From contig JBAYLC010000002.1 of the NCBI GenBank assembly GCA_041664245.1, forward strand, positions 75,593 to 139,592: a stretch of 64,000 nt of DNA. Direction: 5' to 3'. Numbering within the stretch: the stretch's first letter is position 1; the number at the start of each line of letters is the position of its first letter. Below the pieces are notes generated by a model that searched no databases, had not been told where the DNA came from, and saw only the letters and a list, made by a program, of their open reading frames with translations. A program made the position numbers and the translations under genes. The stretch is from Minisyncoccota bacterium. Its GTDB lineage: Bacteria; Patescibacteriota; Minisyncoccia; UBA6257; 2-01-FULL-56-20. Of the stretch, positions 29,773 through 38,661 are shown piece after piece.

Positions 29773-30720
29773 ATGAACACAAAAATAAAAACAGCGGAAT
29801 CTGTTTCACCAAAACATCCTGATAAAATTTGCGACCGGATTGCGGACGCGCTTCTTGACGCTTATCTCGCGGGCGACCCGAATAGCCGGGTAGCGGTTGA
29901 GGTGATGGGCGGGCACGGCAAGATTTCAATTTCGGGGGAAGTAACGAGTAATTCAGAAGTTGATGTTCCGAAAATAATAAAAGAGGTAACGGGCGGTGAT
30001 TACGAAATACATATTTATCTTGTAAAGCAAAGCACGTTCATTGCCCAGGGAGTGGATACGGGCGGAGCGGGCGATCAGGGCATAATGATCGGTTACGCCG
30101 AGCGAGGGGCGGAGAATTTTATGCCACTCGAATATGAACTGGCGAGAAAACTTTGCCAGGGCATATACGAAAAATATCCGTTTGATGGAAAGACGCAGGT
30201 GACTATTGAAGGCGATAAAGTGAAAACGGTGGTGGTGAGTTTTCAAAACACTAAAACAGAAGAGTTGGAAAAATTGGCGGGCGAACTTATTATTGCCGAC
30301 GAATATCTGATCAATCCGGCGGGGGAATGGACGTCAGGCGGTTTTGATGCGGATTCCGGTTTGTCTGGCCGCAAAATTGTCGTTGATAACTATGGGCCGG
30401 AAACTGGTGTTGGCGGCGGATCTTTTTCGGGCAAGGATTACACAAAAGTAGACCGGTCCGGCGCTTATATGGCGAGGCGAATTGCCGTTGATTATTTAAA
30501 GGAGAATTCGAACGTGAATTCGGTTCGAGTGAAGCTAGCTTACGCTATCGGAAAAAAAGATCCAGTGATGGCAGTCGTGGAACTAGACGGACAAGAAGCG
30601 CCAATCGAGGGTTACGATTTAACACCGAAAGGGATTTATAAGTTTTTAGAGTTAGATAAGGTGAAATGGGCGGAAACTGCCGAGTGGGGACACTTTGGCC
30701 GGAAGTTTACGTGGGGCTAA
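29773..30720 (+). CDS. metK: S-adenosylmethionine synthetase (shortened MetK)
   Basis: ESVSPKHPDKICDRIADALLDAY (GHPDK motif) and the C-terminal GGGSFSGKDYTKVDRSGAY motif. The listed ORF starts at GTG 29743; the ATG at 29773 is preferred. Confidence 0.75.
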   Translation: MNTKIKTAESVSPKHPDKICDRIADALLDAYLAGDPNSRVAVEVMGGHGKISISGEVTSNSEVDVPKIIKEVTGGDYEIHIYLVKQSTFIAQGVDTGGAGDQGIMIGYAERGAENFMPLEYELARKLCQGIYEKYPFDGKTQVTIEGDKVKTVVVSFQNTKTEELEKLAGELIIADEYLINPAGEWTSGGFDADSGLSGRKIVVDNYGPETGVGGGSFSGKDYTKVDRSGAYMARRIAVDYLKENSNVNSVRVKLAYAIGKKDPVMAVVELDGQEAPIEGYDLTPKGIYKFLELDKVKWAETAEWGHFGRKFTWG

Positions 30721-31382
30721 TTTTGGTTTACGTCGAGAACGCAAGTGCCGCCGACATCGCCAAATGGTAAGTCTGAATTAGGATTAGGCGTGCAGTGATA
30801 ATCAGTTATACAAATGGGCGTAGTTTTCATGTTGCCGCCGCAGCGTTCGCCGGCGCCTGATATTGGCGGCGAACTTTTAAGCCCTGTTCCGTCAAAAACT
30901 AAATATTTTGAGACGCCGATTGAAGGGGGTACACTCATCGGATCATCTGGTCCGCGATCAGTGTAGTTGGCGATAATCTGGCCGTTTTTAATTTGAATAT
31001 TTTGCGGAGCGATTCGATCGCCCAAGAGGACAGCGTTGGTTCCTTGGGCGCCTTTGTGGGTGTTAATCGCGGCGGCGACAAAATAGAAAGTTCCGGTGCC
31101 GCCGGGATTATCCACTAAAATTATCGCCGCATCTGGTTTGCCGTCGGAATTTAGATCGCCGGTTACCGGTTCGCCAAAAATAGTAGTGGTGATTTCCGTG
31201 GCCGATCCTGGGGCGGCGCTTACTTCTGATTTACCGTTTGTGAGCGTTACTGGTTGGTCATCAAGAATATAAGTGGCGTTTAGGGGGTCAAAGACAACTG
31301 GCGCTTGATTTTGTTTTATATAATAGGCGCCGAAACCGACAATTAATACGACCAAAACGATGACTAAGGATTTTTTGTTCAT
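30717..31382 (-). CDS. Secreted hypothetical protein
   Basis: N-terminal signal/TM. Gly/Thr-rich with two C-terminal Cys pairs. No domain recognised. Confidence 0.4.
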   Translation of the reverse strand: MNKKSLVIVLVVLIVGFGAYYIKQNQAPVVFDPLNATYILDDQPVTLTNGKSEVSAAPGSATEITTTIFGEPVTGDLNSDGKPDAAIILVDNPGGTGTFYFVAAAINTHKGAQGTNAVLLGDRIAPQNIQIKNGQIIANYTDRGPDDPMSVPPSIGVSKYLVFDGTGLKSSPPISGAGERCGGNMKTTPICITDYHCTPNPNSDLPFGDVGGTCVLDVNQN

Positions 31383-31432
31383 ATGGCTATTCTAGCATAA
31401 AAATTACTTGAGTGATTGAAATATTTTAAAAA

Positions 31433-31468
31433 TAAAAAAGTCCTGCGTCAGATTTGGCGCAGGACTTT
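31433..31468 (-). terminator. Intrinsic terminator (hairpin AGTCCTGCG...CGCAGGACT followed by a U-run on the minus strand) for gene 31505..32194
   Basis: Perfect 9-bp inverted repeat with an A-run on the plus strand at 31433-31439. Confidence 0.6.
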
Positions 31469-31504
31469 GCTGTAGGAGAGGTGGTCGGGTGGCTTTCTTG
31501 ACTG

Positions 31505-32194
31505 TTACATGACGAAGGTGAAGCTTCCAGTTGTCGGCATTACTTTTTCCTCGCACTCTCTGAATAAAAATGAGAGGGTGTAGGAGATTAGCGCCGCCCG
31601 CAATTCGTTGTTGTCGCATGGCACCGATGCGAGCCAACTGGCGATTGCGCGATAATTTCCTTGTTCAAGAATCACGGCCAGTTGGGCGAAGGTTTCCGGG
31701 TATTCGGCGAGAAGAGAAAAATCGGGATCGGCTTTCTCATCATAATTGGTGACGTCGGCGCAAGGAATGTGTCTCGAGCCGAGAATTACAGCAAGCCAAA
31801 TTATTCTGGCGGTTTTCCCGAGACGATCCCCGAGCATTTTTAGGTCAGCGTGAACTGCGGTGGCGGCCTCCAGAGCGGTTTTGCCATCGAAACAGCGGCA
31901 GCAATTGATTTCTCCACTGTTGTTAAGAGCTTCGACTTGTCCTCTAATTTCTCTGGCCGCTGATATTGGGGTATCCGGGCTGTCGATCATTTCTGGCACA
32001 TCGTCAGGAAAAGGCAGAGTAATGAAGGCGAAGATGTCCTTAAGGAGCGCGATCTGCTCTTTATCTGTCGGCTGCGAGAAGATGAGTTCATCGAAGACTT
32101 CCAGTTTTTTGCCTTCGTATTTGTAGGAAGTTCGGATGATTCTGATGAGTTCGTCTCTTGCGGAAATTTCGGTTTGAGCGGTGTTTGTCTCCAA
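31505..32194 (-). CDS. Hypothetical protein in locally GC-rich DNA
   Basis: 229-aa ORF with GC content clearly above its surroundings. Plus-strand shadow ORFs overlap it. No domain recognised. Confidence 0.4.
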   Translation of the reverse strand: METNTAQTEISARDELIRIIRTSYKYEGKKLEVFDELIFSQPTDKEQIALLKDIFAFITLPFPDDVPEMIDSPDTPISAAREIRGQVEALNNSGEINCCRCFDGKTALEAATAVHADLKMLGDRLGKTARIIWLAVILGSRHIPCADVTNYDEKADPDFSLLAEYPETFAQLAVILEQGNYRAIASWLASVPCDNNELRAALISYTLSFLFRECEEKVMPTTGSFTFVM

Positions 32195-32342
32195 GGCAGA
32201 TTCCTTTCTTTATAAGGTCAATAAGTTGTCAAAATTACCATCTCTAGTAATCGTTTTTTGCTGGCCAAATAATACACCTAATTATGATGAATGTCAAATC
32301 GTTAGTTTAATTGTAGTTCGGATAATTTTTTCTTGAAGTATA

Positions 32343-33827
32343 TTAAATAGCCCCAAGATCAAGCACTTGGTCGATTTTTATTTGTTTTACAAAATCGGGA
32401 ACGTGGCTTACGAGAATCATGGCGCCTTCGTAGCGGTCGAGGGCGCGGGCGATTACGGGAATGTGGCGAAAGTTGATGTGGTTTGTCGGTTCGTCGAGGA
32501 TTAAGAGACCCGGCCGTTCGAGAGTCAGTTTCGCAAAAGCGACGAGCCCTTTTTGGCCTTCGGAAAGAGAGCCGATTTTGGCTTTGAGAATTTCTAAATC
32601 GAGGAGGAAGCCGGCGGCGCAAGAGCGGAGTTCTTGTTCGGTGCCTTCTTTCATTGCGTTTGCAAGCGTTCGATAAACTGTCTCTTCAAAATCCAATGTG
32701 GAAAAATCTTGGCGATAGTAGCCGATGCGAATGTTCGGAGGCACGTGCTCGCCTTTGGCGTGGCCGCTTGATAGTTTTTCGAGAAGCGTTGTTTTTCCGA
32801 TGCCATTTGGTCCAACTAGAAGCAGACGCTGTTTTCTTTTTAATTCAATATTTACTTTCTTAATGATTGATTTGTGGGTTTTTAAATTCATCACTGAAAC
32901 GGATTTTAATTCTAAAATCTGGCCGCTGATATCTGTTTGGCAGAGAATCGCGAAGTTTCTGATGGCTTTATCTTCCCGCCTCACCTCGACGATATCTTCT
33001 TCTAGTTTTTCAATTTTTTCATTCATTTTTCTCGCCACGTCGCGCATGTGGCCGCCTTTTTGGGCGAAAAATCCTGCTTGTTCTTTTCGGTGCTGAATGT
33101 CTTTTTCAAGCCGGACATTTTTCATCCGTTCGCGTTCGAGCCGAGCTTTTATTTCTTCGACCACCGCCAAGTAGTCGCCGGTGTATTGCTCAATTTTTTT
33201 TGTGAAAACATCAAGGTATAAAACGCCGTGAGTGAACGAATTTAAAAAGCCGGCGTCGTGGGAAATGACGATGCAGGTTTTTTTGTAATCGATTAAAAAT
33301 TGAGTGAGGTGTTCGATGCCTTGTTTGTCTAAATTATTCGTCGGTTCATCAAGTAAGAGAATATCTGGATTTTGGATTAAGGCTTGCGCTAGAAGCACTC
33401 GCGCTTGCTGGCCGCCGGATAAATTTTTTAGAACTTTATCTTGAGGCACTGATAGATGAACCACGTCTAAAATTTTATCAATCCTCGGCTCAATGTCGTA
33501 GATTTTTTTCGGGAACGCTTTTTCGAAAAATTCTCGAACGGTGAGTTCGGCCTCGTCTCGTTCAATTACTTGGCGAGCTATTGCCATTGTTAATCCTTTG
33601 GTGATTGAAATAGCTCCAAGCTCGGGTTTTAAGTTGCCGATAATCATCTGGAAGATGGTGCTTTTTCCCGCTCCGTTTTGGCCCATGAGGGTGATTTTTG
33701 AACCTTCTCGAACCGAAAAATCGGCCTCATTTAAAATTGGCTTTTTGCCGTATTCAAAAAAGACTTTATTAAAACGGATGATGACGTTGCCTTTCGGCAT
33801 AACGTTTGTGGTTTTTGTTTCGTTCAT
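32343..33827 (-). CDS. ABC-F family ATPase with two tandem ABC domains and no TMD
   Basis: Two Walker A sites (GQNGAGKST, GPNGIGKTT), two signature motifs (LSGGQQAR, LSEGQKG), and an inter-domain linker with a charged coiled-coil. Start taken at MNETK (33827); the listed ORF is extended upstream. Confidence 0.8.
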   Translation of the reverse strand: MNETKTTNVMPKGNVIIRFNKVFFEYGKKPILNEADFSVREGSKITLMGQNGAGKSTIFQMIIGNLKPELGAISITKGLTMAIARQVIERDEAELTVREFFEKAFPKKIYDIEPRIDKILDVVHLSVPQDKVLKNLSGGQQARVLLAQALIQNPDILLLDEPTNNLDKQGIEHLTQFLIDYKKTCIVISHDAGFLNSFTHGVLYLDVFTKKIEQYTGDYLAVVEEIKARLERERMKNVRLEKDIQHRKEQAGFFAQKGGHMRDVARKMNEKIEKLEEDIVEVRREDKAIRNFAILCQTDISGQILELKSVSVMNLKTHKSIIKKVNIELKRKQRLLLVGPNGIGKTTLLEKLSSGHAKGEHVPPNIRIGYYRQDFSTLDFEETVYRTLANAMKEGTEQELRSCAAGFLLDLEILKAKIGSLSEGQKGLVAFAKLTLERPGLLILDEPTNHINFRHIPVIARALDRYEGAMILVSHVPDFVKQIKIDQVLDLGAI

Positions 33828-33945
33828 TCTTTTGTTCAGATGAGAACTATACTGCGAAATGCTTGAAAAACAAAGCCGAACAATACAATGTAGGCTTTTT
33901 TTGGCTGTTGCCAAAGAGAAAAAATTGTGATATAAGTGTATTAAT

Positions 33946-34449
33946 ATGACTAAATTCAAAAAAGGCGGTTTTCGACAAGGAGGCGGTAATTTTGGCGGAC
34001 GCCCAAAATCTGGCGGGAAGTTTGGAGGCGGCAGAGACCGGGGCGGCAGATCCGGAGGCCGTCTAGAGCTTTTTCCGGTGGTTTGTTCTGAATGCCATAA
34101 GAACTGCGAAGTTCCTTTCCGGCCGACGGGGGATAAGCCAGTCTTTTGCCGGGAATGTTTTGATAAACAAAGACATGTGCCCGGACGCAATTCTAACGGA
34201 ATGGATCGCTCAAACGGAGATTTTCGGGGAGATGTCCGTCCACCGCGAGAATACCAAAATGAAGATGTGGAAGCACAAGGCGATGCGGCGATTGAAGAGC
34301 TTAATCAACATTTAGCGGAGTTAGAATTAAAGGTTAATCGAATTCTTGAACTTGTGAGCAAAAAGACAGTGAATTCAGTTCCTAATATTTCTGCTCTAGA
34401 AAAAACTCCAAAAGTGACAAAGGCGAAAAAGAAAATTGGGAAGAAGTAG
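33946..34449 (+). CDS. RGG-rich zinc-ribbon protein (possible RNA-binding)
   Basis: N-terminal GGFRQGGGNFGGRPKSGG...RGGRSGG, then CSEC...x17...CREC four-Cys ribbon, and a C-terminal coiled-coil. An upstream TTGCCA-17-TATAAG promoter is visible. Confidence 0.5.
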   Translation: MTKFKKGGFRQGGGNFGGRPKSGGKFGGGRDRGGRSGGRLELFPVVCSECHKNCEVPFRPTGDKPVFCRECFDKQRHVPGRNSNGMDRSNGDFRGDVRPPREYQNEDVEAQGDAAIEELNQHLAELELKVNRILELVSKKTVNSVPNISALEKTPKVTKAKKKIGKK

Positions 34450-34464
34450 ATTTTCTTGAACATA

Positions 34465-34494
34465 AAAAACCACCGCGTGATCGGTGGTTTTTTA
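34465..34494. terminator. Bidirectional intrinsic terminator (CCACCG-cgtgat-CGGTGG flanked by an A-run and a T-run)
   Basis: Lies between convergent genes 33946..34449 (+) and 34515..35210 (-). Confidence 0.65.
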
Positions 34495-34514
34495 GCGGAA
34501 TAAAGATATTTATT

Positions 34515-35210
34515 TTAATTTAAGATAGGTCGTTTGTTAGCTACCAGTAGTATAAATTTTGAATGAAATTTATAGGGTGGATTGGCTTTTGGATAATCTT
34601 CGGTTACTTCTGACGTGTAAAATTTTAATTGGTAATTTTTGAGTAGGTGCTTAAGAGTTGTTCTTGCTTCCGCCAAACTATACATTGGCTCATTGCCGAA
34701 GGTAATCAATTTTCCATTTGGTTGGGTTCGCGTGATGTTGGCGGCAAAATCAATAATTATTTTTCCATCGGGTTTTAATATCCTATCAATTTCAAGAAAA
34801 ATTTTTCTTAAAATATTTTTTGGAAAAAGATGGAGGGTGCCGGCAGAAAAGACGCCGTCGAAAGAGTTGTTTTCGAAGGGAAATTTTTTGGCAATATTAA
34901 AAACTTTTGTGTCTAATTTTTTCTGATATTTTTTTGGAGTGTTGTGCCAGAGTTTACTAAGCGCGCTGGCGTCAATATCAGATGCAGTGACGGAGCTGAC
35001 TTTTTTGAGTAAATCTAAATTGTAGCGGCCATCGCCGGAGGCGAGGTTTAGCCACACGCCATTGATTTTTATTTTTTTAAAAAATTGTAAGGTAAATTTA
35101 TCGCCTTTTCCCCAAATGGATTTTTTGCCGGTTTTGAAATAATTTATTCCTTCGGTAAAAATTAATTTATCGTCTTGAGATTTGTGGGGTTTGGTTATTT
35201 TTGGCTTCAT
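34515..35210 (-). CDS. Class I SAM-dependent methyltransferase
   Basis: Motif I-like WLNLASGDGRY and motif post-II LKPDGKIIIDF. Confidence 0.65.
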   Translation of the reverse strand: MKPKITKPHKSQDDKLIFTEGINYFKTGKKSIWGKGDKFTLQFFKKIKINGVWLNLASGDGRYNLDLLKKVSSVTASDIDASALSKLWHNTPKKYQKKLDTKVFNIAKKFPFENNSFDGVFSAGTLHLFPKNILRKIFLEIDRILKPDGKIIIDFAANITRTQPNGKLITFGNEPMYSLAEARTTLKHLLKNYQLKFYTSEVTEDYPKANPPYKFHSKFILLVANKRPILN

Positions 35211-35319
35211 GGTCGTCTAGATTGTAATGTAAATTTATAGAGTTGGAAATAAAAAAAATCAGCCATGGCGGTTTAGGGCCAATGGCTGATTAGGATTTGT
35301 TGCTAGTCTTCCGGACGAT

Positions 35320-35682
35320 CTAGAAGAGATCGAAGCCGACTACCAGGAAAAGGCACAGGAAGATTTCCGCGAAGAACAAAACAGCAAAACGGAGATATGC
35401 TCCCGGGGCAGCATGGAGGGATCCAGCTGAGTAAAATTGCCATCTTTCTTCGGGTAGCATTATTTTGCTTGTTTTCCAGATTTTTCCCATAAGGAAATCA
35501 AGAGGGAAGTTGAGTAGCTGCCAGGCTAGTATCGGCATTCCAATTATGGTGCCCCACTTTACGGCGATCGCCAGAGCTTCGCTAAACTTGAAGCCTGGGA
35601 AGAGAGCGATAGTAAGCGTACTTGCCAGAATTAGGAATGCCCAGCCAACGGCGATTTTCAAGTTAAGTGTTAGGTCTTTCAA
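35320..35682 (-). CDS. Small membrane protein
   Basis: Three hydrophobic helices. Function unknown. Confidence 0.4.
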   Translation of the reverse strand: MKDLTLNLKIAVGWAFLILASTLTIALFPGFKFSEALAIAVKWGTIIGMPILAWQLLNFPLDFLMGKIWKTSKIMLPEERWQFYSAGSLHAAPGAYLRFAVLFFAEIFLCLFLVVGFDLF

Positions 35683-35821
35683 GAATCCTCCTTACGTTCT
35701 AGTCCTTAGAATTAACTTTTTATAGATTAACATTAAGATTGCAAAAAGTCAAGGCTACTCTAATATAATTTTAACCCTCACTTTCATAGTCGTTAATTTT
35801 CTCTTAGGTGTTTATAGCTGA

Positions 35822-36508
35822 TTAGGATTTGAAGTTAACGATAAAATCAAAGCTGCATGCGCAAGGGCTTTTGTGGCAGACGTGGCAGTTGTCGGCAAAA
35901 TGGATTGAAAGTTCTTCGGCTAGGTCAACCGACATAGAGTTGAAGACGCCGATTAGGCAAGAAATAAGGTCGGCAATTTCAAGAGTGACATTTTTGAAGC
36001 TGGCGTCATCGCGGGTGCTGCGATAGGCGAGGATGGCTTCGGAGACTTCGCCCAGCTCTTCGGCGAGGTGGATGCCGGCGTGTTCCAGAGTTCGGGTCTC
36101 CGGCGGGTAGATTTCTCGAAACATTTTTTGAAAATCTGAGAAAGTTTTTGGTCTTTTGGCGTTGTCGATCGGGACGCGCTTCCGACTTTCCGGTCTTTTC
36201 TGTTTGCACTGGCAGGGACAGGAGGCGCAGTAGGAGCAAACATAGGGGAATCTTTGCCAGAGTTCTTCTTCGATATCAATATGAAGTTGATTTAAAAGAG
36301 ACATCAGCCAACTTGTGGAAATTATTAAATTGAATTTAGTTTTTTCCTGATTTTCTTTCCGAATTCCTTTTAGGCCGCGCATTAAAAATCGTTCAACATT
36401 AGAGAGCATATCCCAAGCGCTGAATTGGCGGTCATCGGGCAGGCCGTATACTTCTTGAACGAACGACTGATATTTTTTGATGGTAACGTCTTTTGAAACG
36501 GAGGCCAT
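35822..36508 (-). CDS. MazG-like nucleotide pyrophosphohydrolase-domain protein with Cys-rich clusters
   Basis: C-terminal HLAEELGEVSEAILAY...LEIADLISCLIG resembles the MazG EExxE/D helices. Clusters CSYCASCPCQC and CHVCHKSPCAC are present. Start taken at MASVS (36508) because the upstream 23 codons of the listed ORF overlap the conserved promoter element. Confidence 0.5.
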   Translation of the reverse strand: MASVSKDVTIKKYQSFVQEVYGLPDDRQFSAWDMLSNVERFLMRGLKGIRKENQEKTKFNLIISTSWLMSLLNQLHIDIEEELWQRFPYVCSYCASCPCQCKQKRPESRKRVPIDNAKRPKTFSDFQKMFREIYPPETRTLEHAGIHLAEELGEVSEAILAYRSTRDDASFKNVTLEIADLISCLIGVFNSMSVDLAEELSIHFADNCHVCHKSPCACSFDFIVNFKS

Positions 36509-36528
36509 TTTGAGGTGATTATATAGAA

Positions 36529-36575
36529 ATATTATAGGAGTTTCTTTGGGGTTGGGGTAGGGGTGGAAATCACCC
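36529..36575 (-). promoter_or_regulatory. Copy A of a conserved ~50-nt promoter-associated element (minus-strand reading ...CCCCTAcCCCAACCCCAAAGAAAcTCCTATAAT), with its -10 lying 22 nt upstream of the MazG-like start
   Basis: Near-identical to the copies at 38531..38583 and 39472..39523. The TATAAT is oriented toward the minus-strand gene. Confidence 0.6.
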
Positions 36576-36598
36576 ATTTTGGTTGCGGTTCTGGGGAC

Positions 36599-36745
36599 TT
36601 GACAGAATTTATAGGTATGCTATACTACCCCCAGTTGGTCCTGAGGTGTGTAGCTGTCTAACGATCTCAGGGAGCCTTTATTTAACAGTAAAGACAGCAA
36701 AGAATGAGCGGCGATCAGCAAGTCTGACCGCCGCATTTTTATTTA
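36599..36745 (+). ncRNA. Candidate small RNA: TTGACA-16-(TGc)TATACT promoter, ~110-nt transcript, intrinsic terminator (GCGGCG...CGCCGC followed by a U-run)
   Basis: Promoter at 36599-36626. Internal helices CCUGAG/CUCAGG and GCUGUCU/AGACAGC. Terminator stem 36708-36734 with TTTTT at 36736-36740. No plausible CDS (the 68-aa ORF spans the promoter and terminator). Confidence 0.45.
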
Positions 36746-36763
36746 AAATAATTTTATTTTTAC

Positions 36764-37501
36764 TTAATTCGATTTTACGCGGAAGGTGATGAGATAGTTT
36801 TCTGGTTTTGGTGTTGAGTTTGCCACTCGCGAAGGTTTGATGCTTTCGATGGAAATCTTAAATGAATCAAAGGCGACCGGGGCGGCGTTTGAAGAGATAT
36901 CCCTTGTCTCTTTGTCGGTATCGCTTTGGAGGGTGACGTTAGTAGTTACCCATCCGGCTTGGATACATTGAACGTCTGTTGGGCAGCGGCTATCCTGGGA
37001 TATTCTATTGAGTGTTATGCGGACGCCGTTTATGAAAACGCTTTTTCCAATGCCGATTTCTCCCAAAGTTGGATCGCCGGCATCTCCTGATAGTTTTTCA
37101 AAACGATTCACCGAAAGGGTGATGCCTTCGGTGAAGGTTCCGAAGACGCGGATTTTTTGTCCGACAAGCTGCCCAATAGTGCTACTGGACTCGAAAACAA
37201 GAGGCAACACATAGGAGACCTCGCCGCCGTTTTCGGGTGAGCTAAAAATAAGAGAAAAGTTTTCGGCATTCTGCCGCAGTGTTCCAGTGAACGAAGGTTG
37301 ATTGGGACAAGCCGCGAACTTACATTTAGATCCGGTTCTACTCACGTATGAACCGTCGGGACAAAGCAACGCTTCTTGAGTGCAAGCGATTCCTTGAGAA
37401 TCGGCGGGAGTTCGATTTAAGAATTTAGATAGACCGTACGCGCCACCGCCGATTATTACGATTATGAGAACGGCGAGAATTATTTTTTTATTGGTTTGCA
37501 T
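36764..37501 (-). CDS. Secreted Cys-containing hypothetical protein
   Basis: Signal/TM KKIILAVLIIVIIGGGAYG followed by two CxxxxC-like pairs. Last gene of the minus-strand operon. Confidence 0.4.
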   Translation of the reverse strand: MQTNKKIILAVLIIVIIGGGAYGLSKFLNRTPADSQGIACTQEALLCPDGSYVSRTGSKCKFAACPNQPSFTGTLRQNAENFSLIFSSPENGGEVSYVLPLVFESSSTIGQLVGQKIRVFGTFTEGITLSVNRFEKLSGDAGDPTLGEIGIGKSVFINGVRITLNRISQDSRCPTDVQCIQAGWVTTNVTLQSDTDKETRDISSNAAPVAFDSFKISIESIKPSRVANSTPKPENYLITFRVKSN

Positions 37502-37535
37502 ATGAAAACTATATCAACAAAATAGAAAGTTTGGT

Positions 37536-38063
37536 TTAGTTATATTTTTTTATAATCCCCAACGCTGTTAGGTTCGGCTTATCGGTAACAATTTCTTCCG
37601 CTTCGGGTATGGTTAGCCACTTTGTGTCGTAAAATTCTTTTGGGTCAACGTTGAAGTTAGATCCGTCGGTATTCATAAGATACCAAATATCGAAGTGAGT
37701 TTTACACGACCGAATTCTATTTTCTATCAGTGTAATAGTGAAAAGAAAAGGCATGGGAGTTTCTTTGAAGAAGTTTTCCACGCCGAGTTCTTCGTTTATT
37801 TCGCGATTTAACGTTTCTAAAATTCCTTCGCCTTTGTCGATGTGCCCGCCGGGCGAAACCCAAAGATTGGCTTTTCTGTGATGGACAATAAAAACTTTTT
37901 TATTTTCGACATTGTGAGGAAAAAAATAAGTGCAGAAATGGGACTGCGGATTTTCGTCTCGGGTAAAAGCGCCTTTCCCTAATCTTTTTAGATAATTTTC
38001 GTAGGTGCTTTCGCTGTCACAAATTGATTTATCTAGAATTTGTGAAATTTGGTCGTATAACAT
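37536..38063 (-). CDS. NUDIX hydrolase
   Basis: Nudix box GGHIDKGEGILETLNREINEELGVE. Confidence 0.75.
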   Translation of the reverse strand: MLYDQISQILDKSICDSESTYENYLKRLGKGAFTRDENPQSHFCTYFFPHNVENKKVFIVHHRKANLWVSPGGHIDKGEGILETLNREINEELGVENFFKETPMPFLFTITLIENRIRSCKTHFDIWYLMNTDGSNFNVDPKEFYDTKWLTIPEAEEIVTDKPNLTALGIIKKYN

Positions 38064-38067
38064 ATTA

Positions 38068-38511
38068 CTAGGATATTTTTCTTAAATCTCCGTTTAGGAA
38101 TTTTGGTTGCATGCCAAGGATTTCTTCTTTGAAATTAAGGTTGTCAGAAATCGGATTAAGAATGAAAATTGGTTTTTTGTAGTGAAAACCAATCGCGGCT
38201 TCAATAAGCGTGTTGCCGCCGATATATCTGGGAACGCCATTTTTTTCGTAATTCAAAATTAGGACAGCATCGCCTTTGATAATTTTCTGAAGATGATTTT
38301 TAATAAGCCAGCTTTTGCGGTTGTAATTTGCTGCGTCTTTGAACCAAGTTTTATAAGTTTCTATTCGGAAGTCGCCGCTCTTTTTCATTACGTTAGCGGT
38401 GTACGGTATTTTCACAGCAAAACCCAGAGTTTTTAGTTCTTTTTCGACATCAAGCGCTTGTTTGAAAAACGAGGCGCTTGAACAAATGGTGATTGATTTT
38501 TTAGGGGTCAT
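38068..38511 (-). CDS. Nucleoside 2-deoxyribosyltransferase-like / DNPH1-like (SLOG fold) protein
   Basis: Rossmann-like ITICSSASF...AVLILN...IGGNTLIEAAIGFHYKKPIFIL resembles the NDT/Rcl family G-x-x-E-x-G-x-A-x-x-x-KP motif. Lies 4 nt upstream of the Nudix gene. Confidence 0.5.
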   Translation of the reverse strand: MTPKKSITICSSASFFKQALDVEKELKTLGFAVKIPYTANVMKKSGDFRIETYKTWFKDAANYNRKSWLIKNHLQKIIKGDAVLILNYEKNGVPRYIGGNTLIEAAIGFHYKKPIFILNPISDNLNFKEEILGMQPKFLNGDLRKIS

Positions 38512-38530
38512 AATATTAGTTAGCTCATAA

Positions 38531-38583
38531 ATATTATAAGGGTTTCTTTGAGGTTGGAATAGGGGAAGTGAATGACCCGTCTC
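38531..38583 (-). promoter_or_regulatory. Copy B of the conserved promoter-associated element. Its -10 TATAAT lies 21 nt upstream of the start of the NDT-like/Nudix operon.
   Basis: Plus-strand ATATTATAAGGGTTTCTTTGAGGTTGGAATAGGGGAAGTGAATGACCCGTCTC. Immediately follows the terminator of gene 38662..39090. Confidence 0.6.
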
Positions 38584-38661
38584 TAGGTCGGGCTAAAAAA
38601 GAAAAGGCGCCGTGTCCAGCTTGTGAGCTAGGCGTGCGCCATTTGATTAAATCTTTTTCTG

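Noticed and set aside
31570-32126. Plus-strand ORFs 31570..31752, 31661..31843 and 31860..32126
   Set aside because: They are shadow ORFs in the GC-rich minus-strand gene 31505..32194. None has a start context or a recognisable product.
33828-34190. N-terminal 121-codon extension of the ABC-F ORF (MRPGTCLCLSKHSRQ…)
   Set aside because: The extension is low-complexity and Pro/Arg-rich. It overlaps the divergent promoter and 5' end of the 33946..34449 gene on the other strand. The conserved ABC-F N-terminus begins at MNETK (33827).
36509-36577. N-terminal 23 codons of the listed MazG-like ORF (MGDFHPYPNPKETPIIFLYNHLK)
   Set aside because: They coincide with copy A of the conserved promoter element. 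An in-frame Met (MASVS) follows at a promoter-consistent distance.
36599-36745. Possibility that the candidate sRNA is the SRP (4.5S) RNA, 6S RNA or tmRNA
   Set aside because: The sequence lacks the conserved SRP domain IV motifs (GGAA tetraloop context, AGCAGCC) and the 5'/3' end pairing. It is too short for 6S or tmRNA, and no tRNA-like domain is present.
36583-36789. 68-aa plus-strand ORF covering the candidate sRNA locus
   Set aside because: The ORF starts upstream of the predicted -35 and reads through the strong terminator hairpin. It is more plausibly non-coding.
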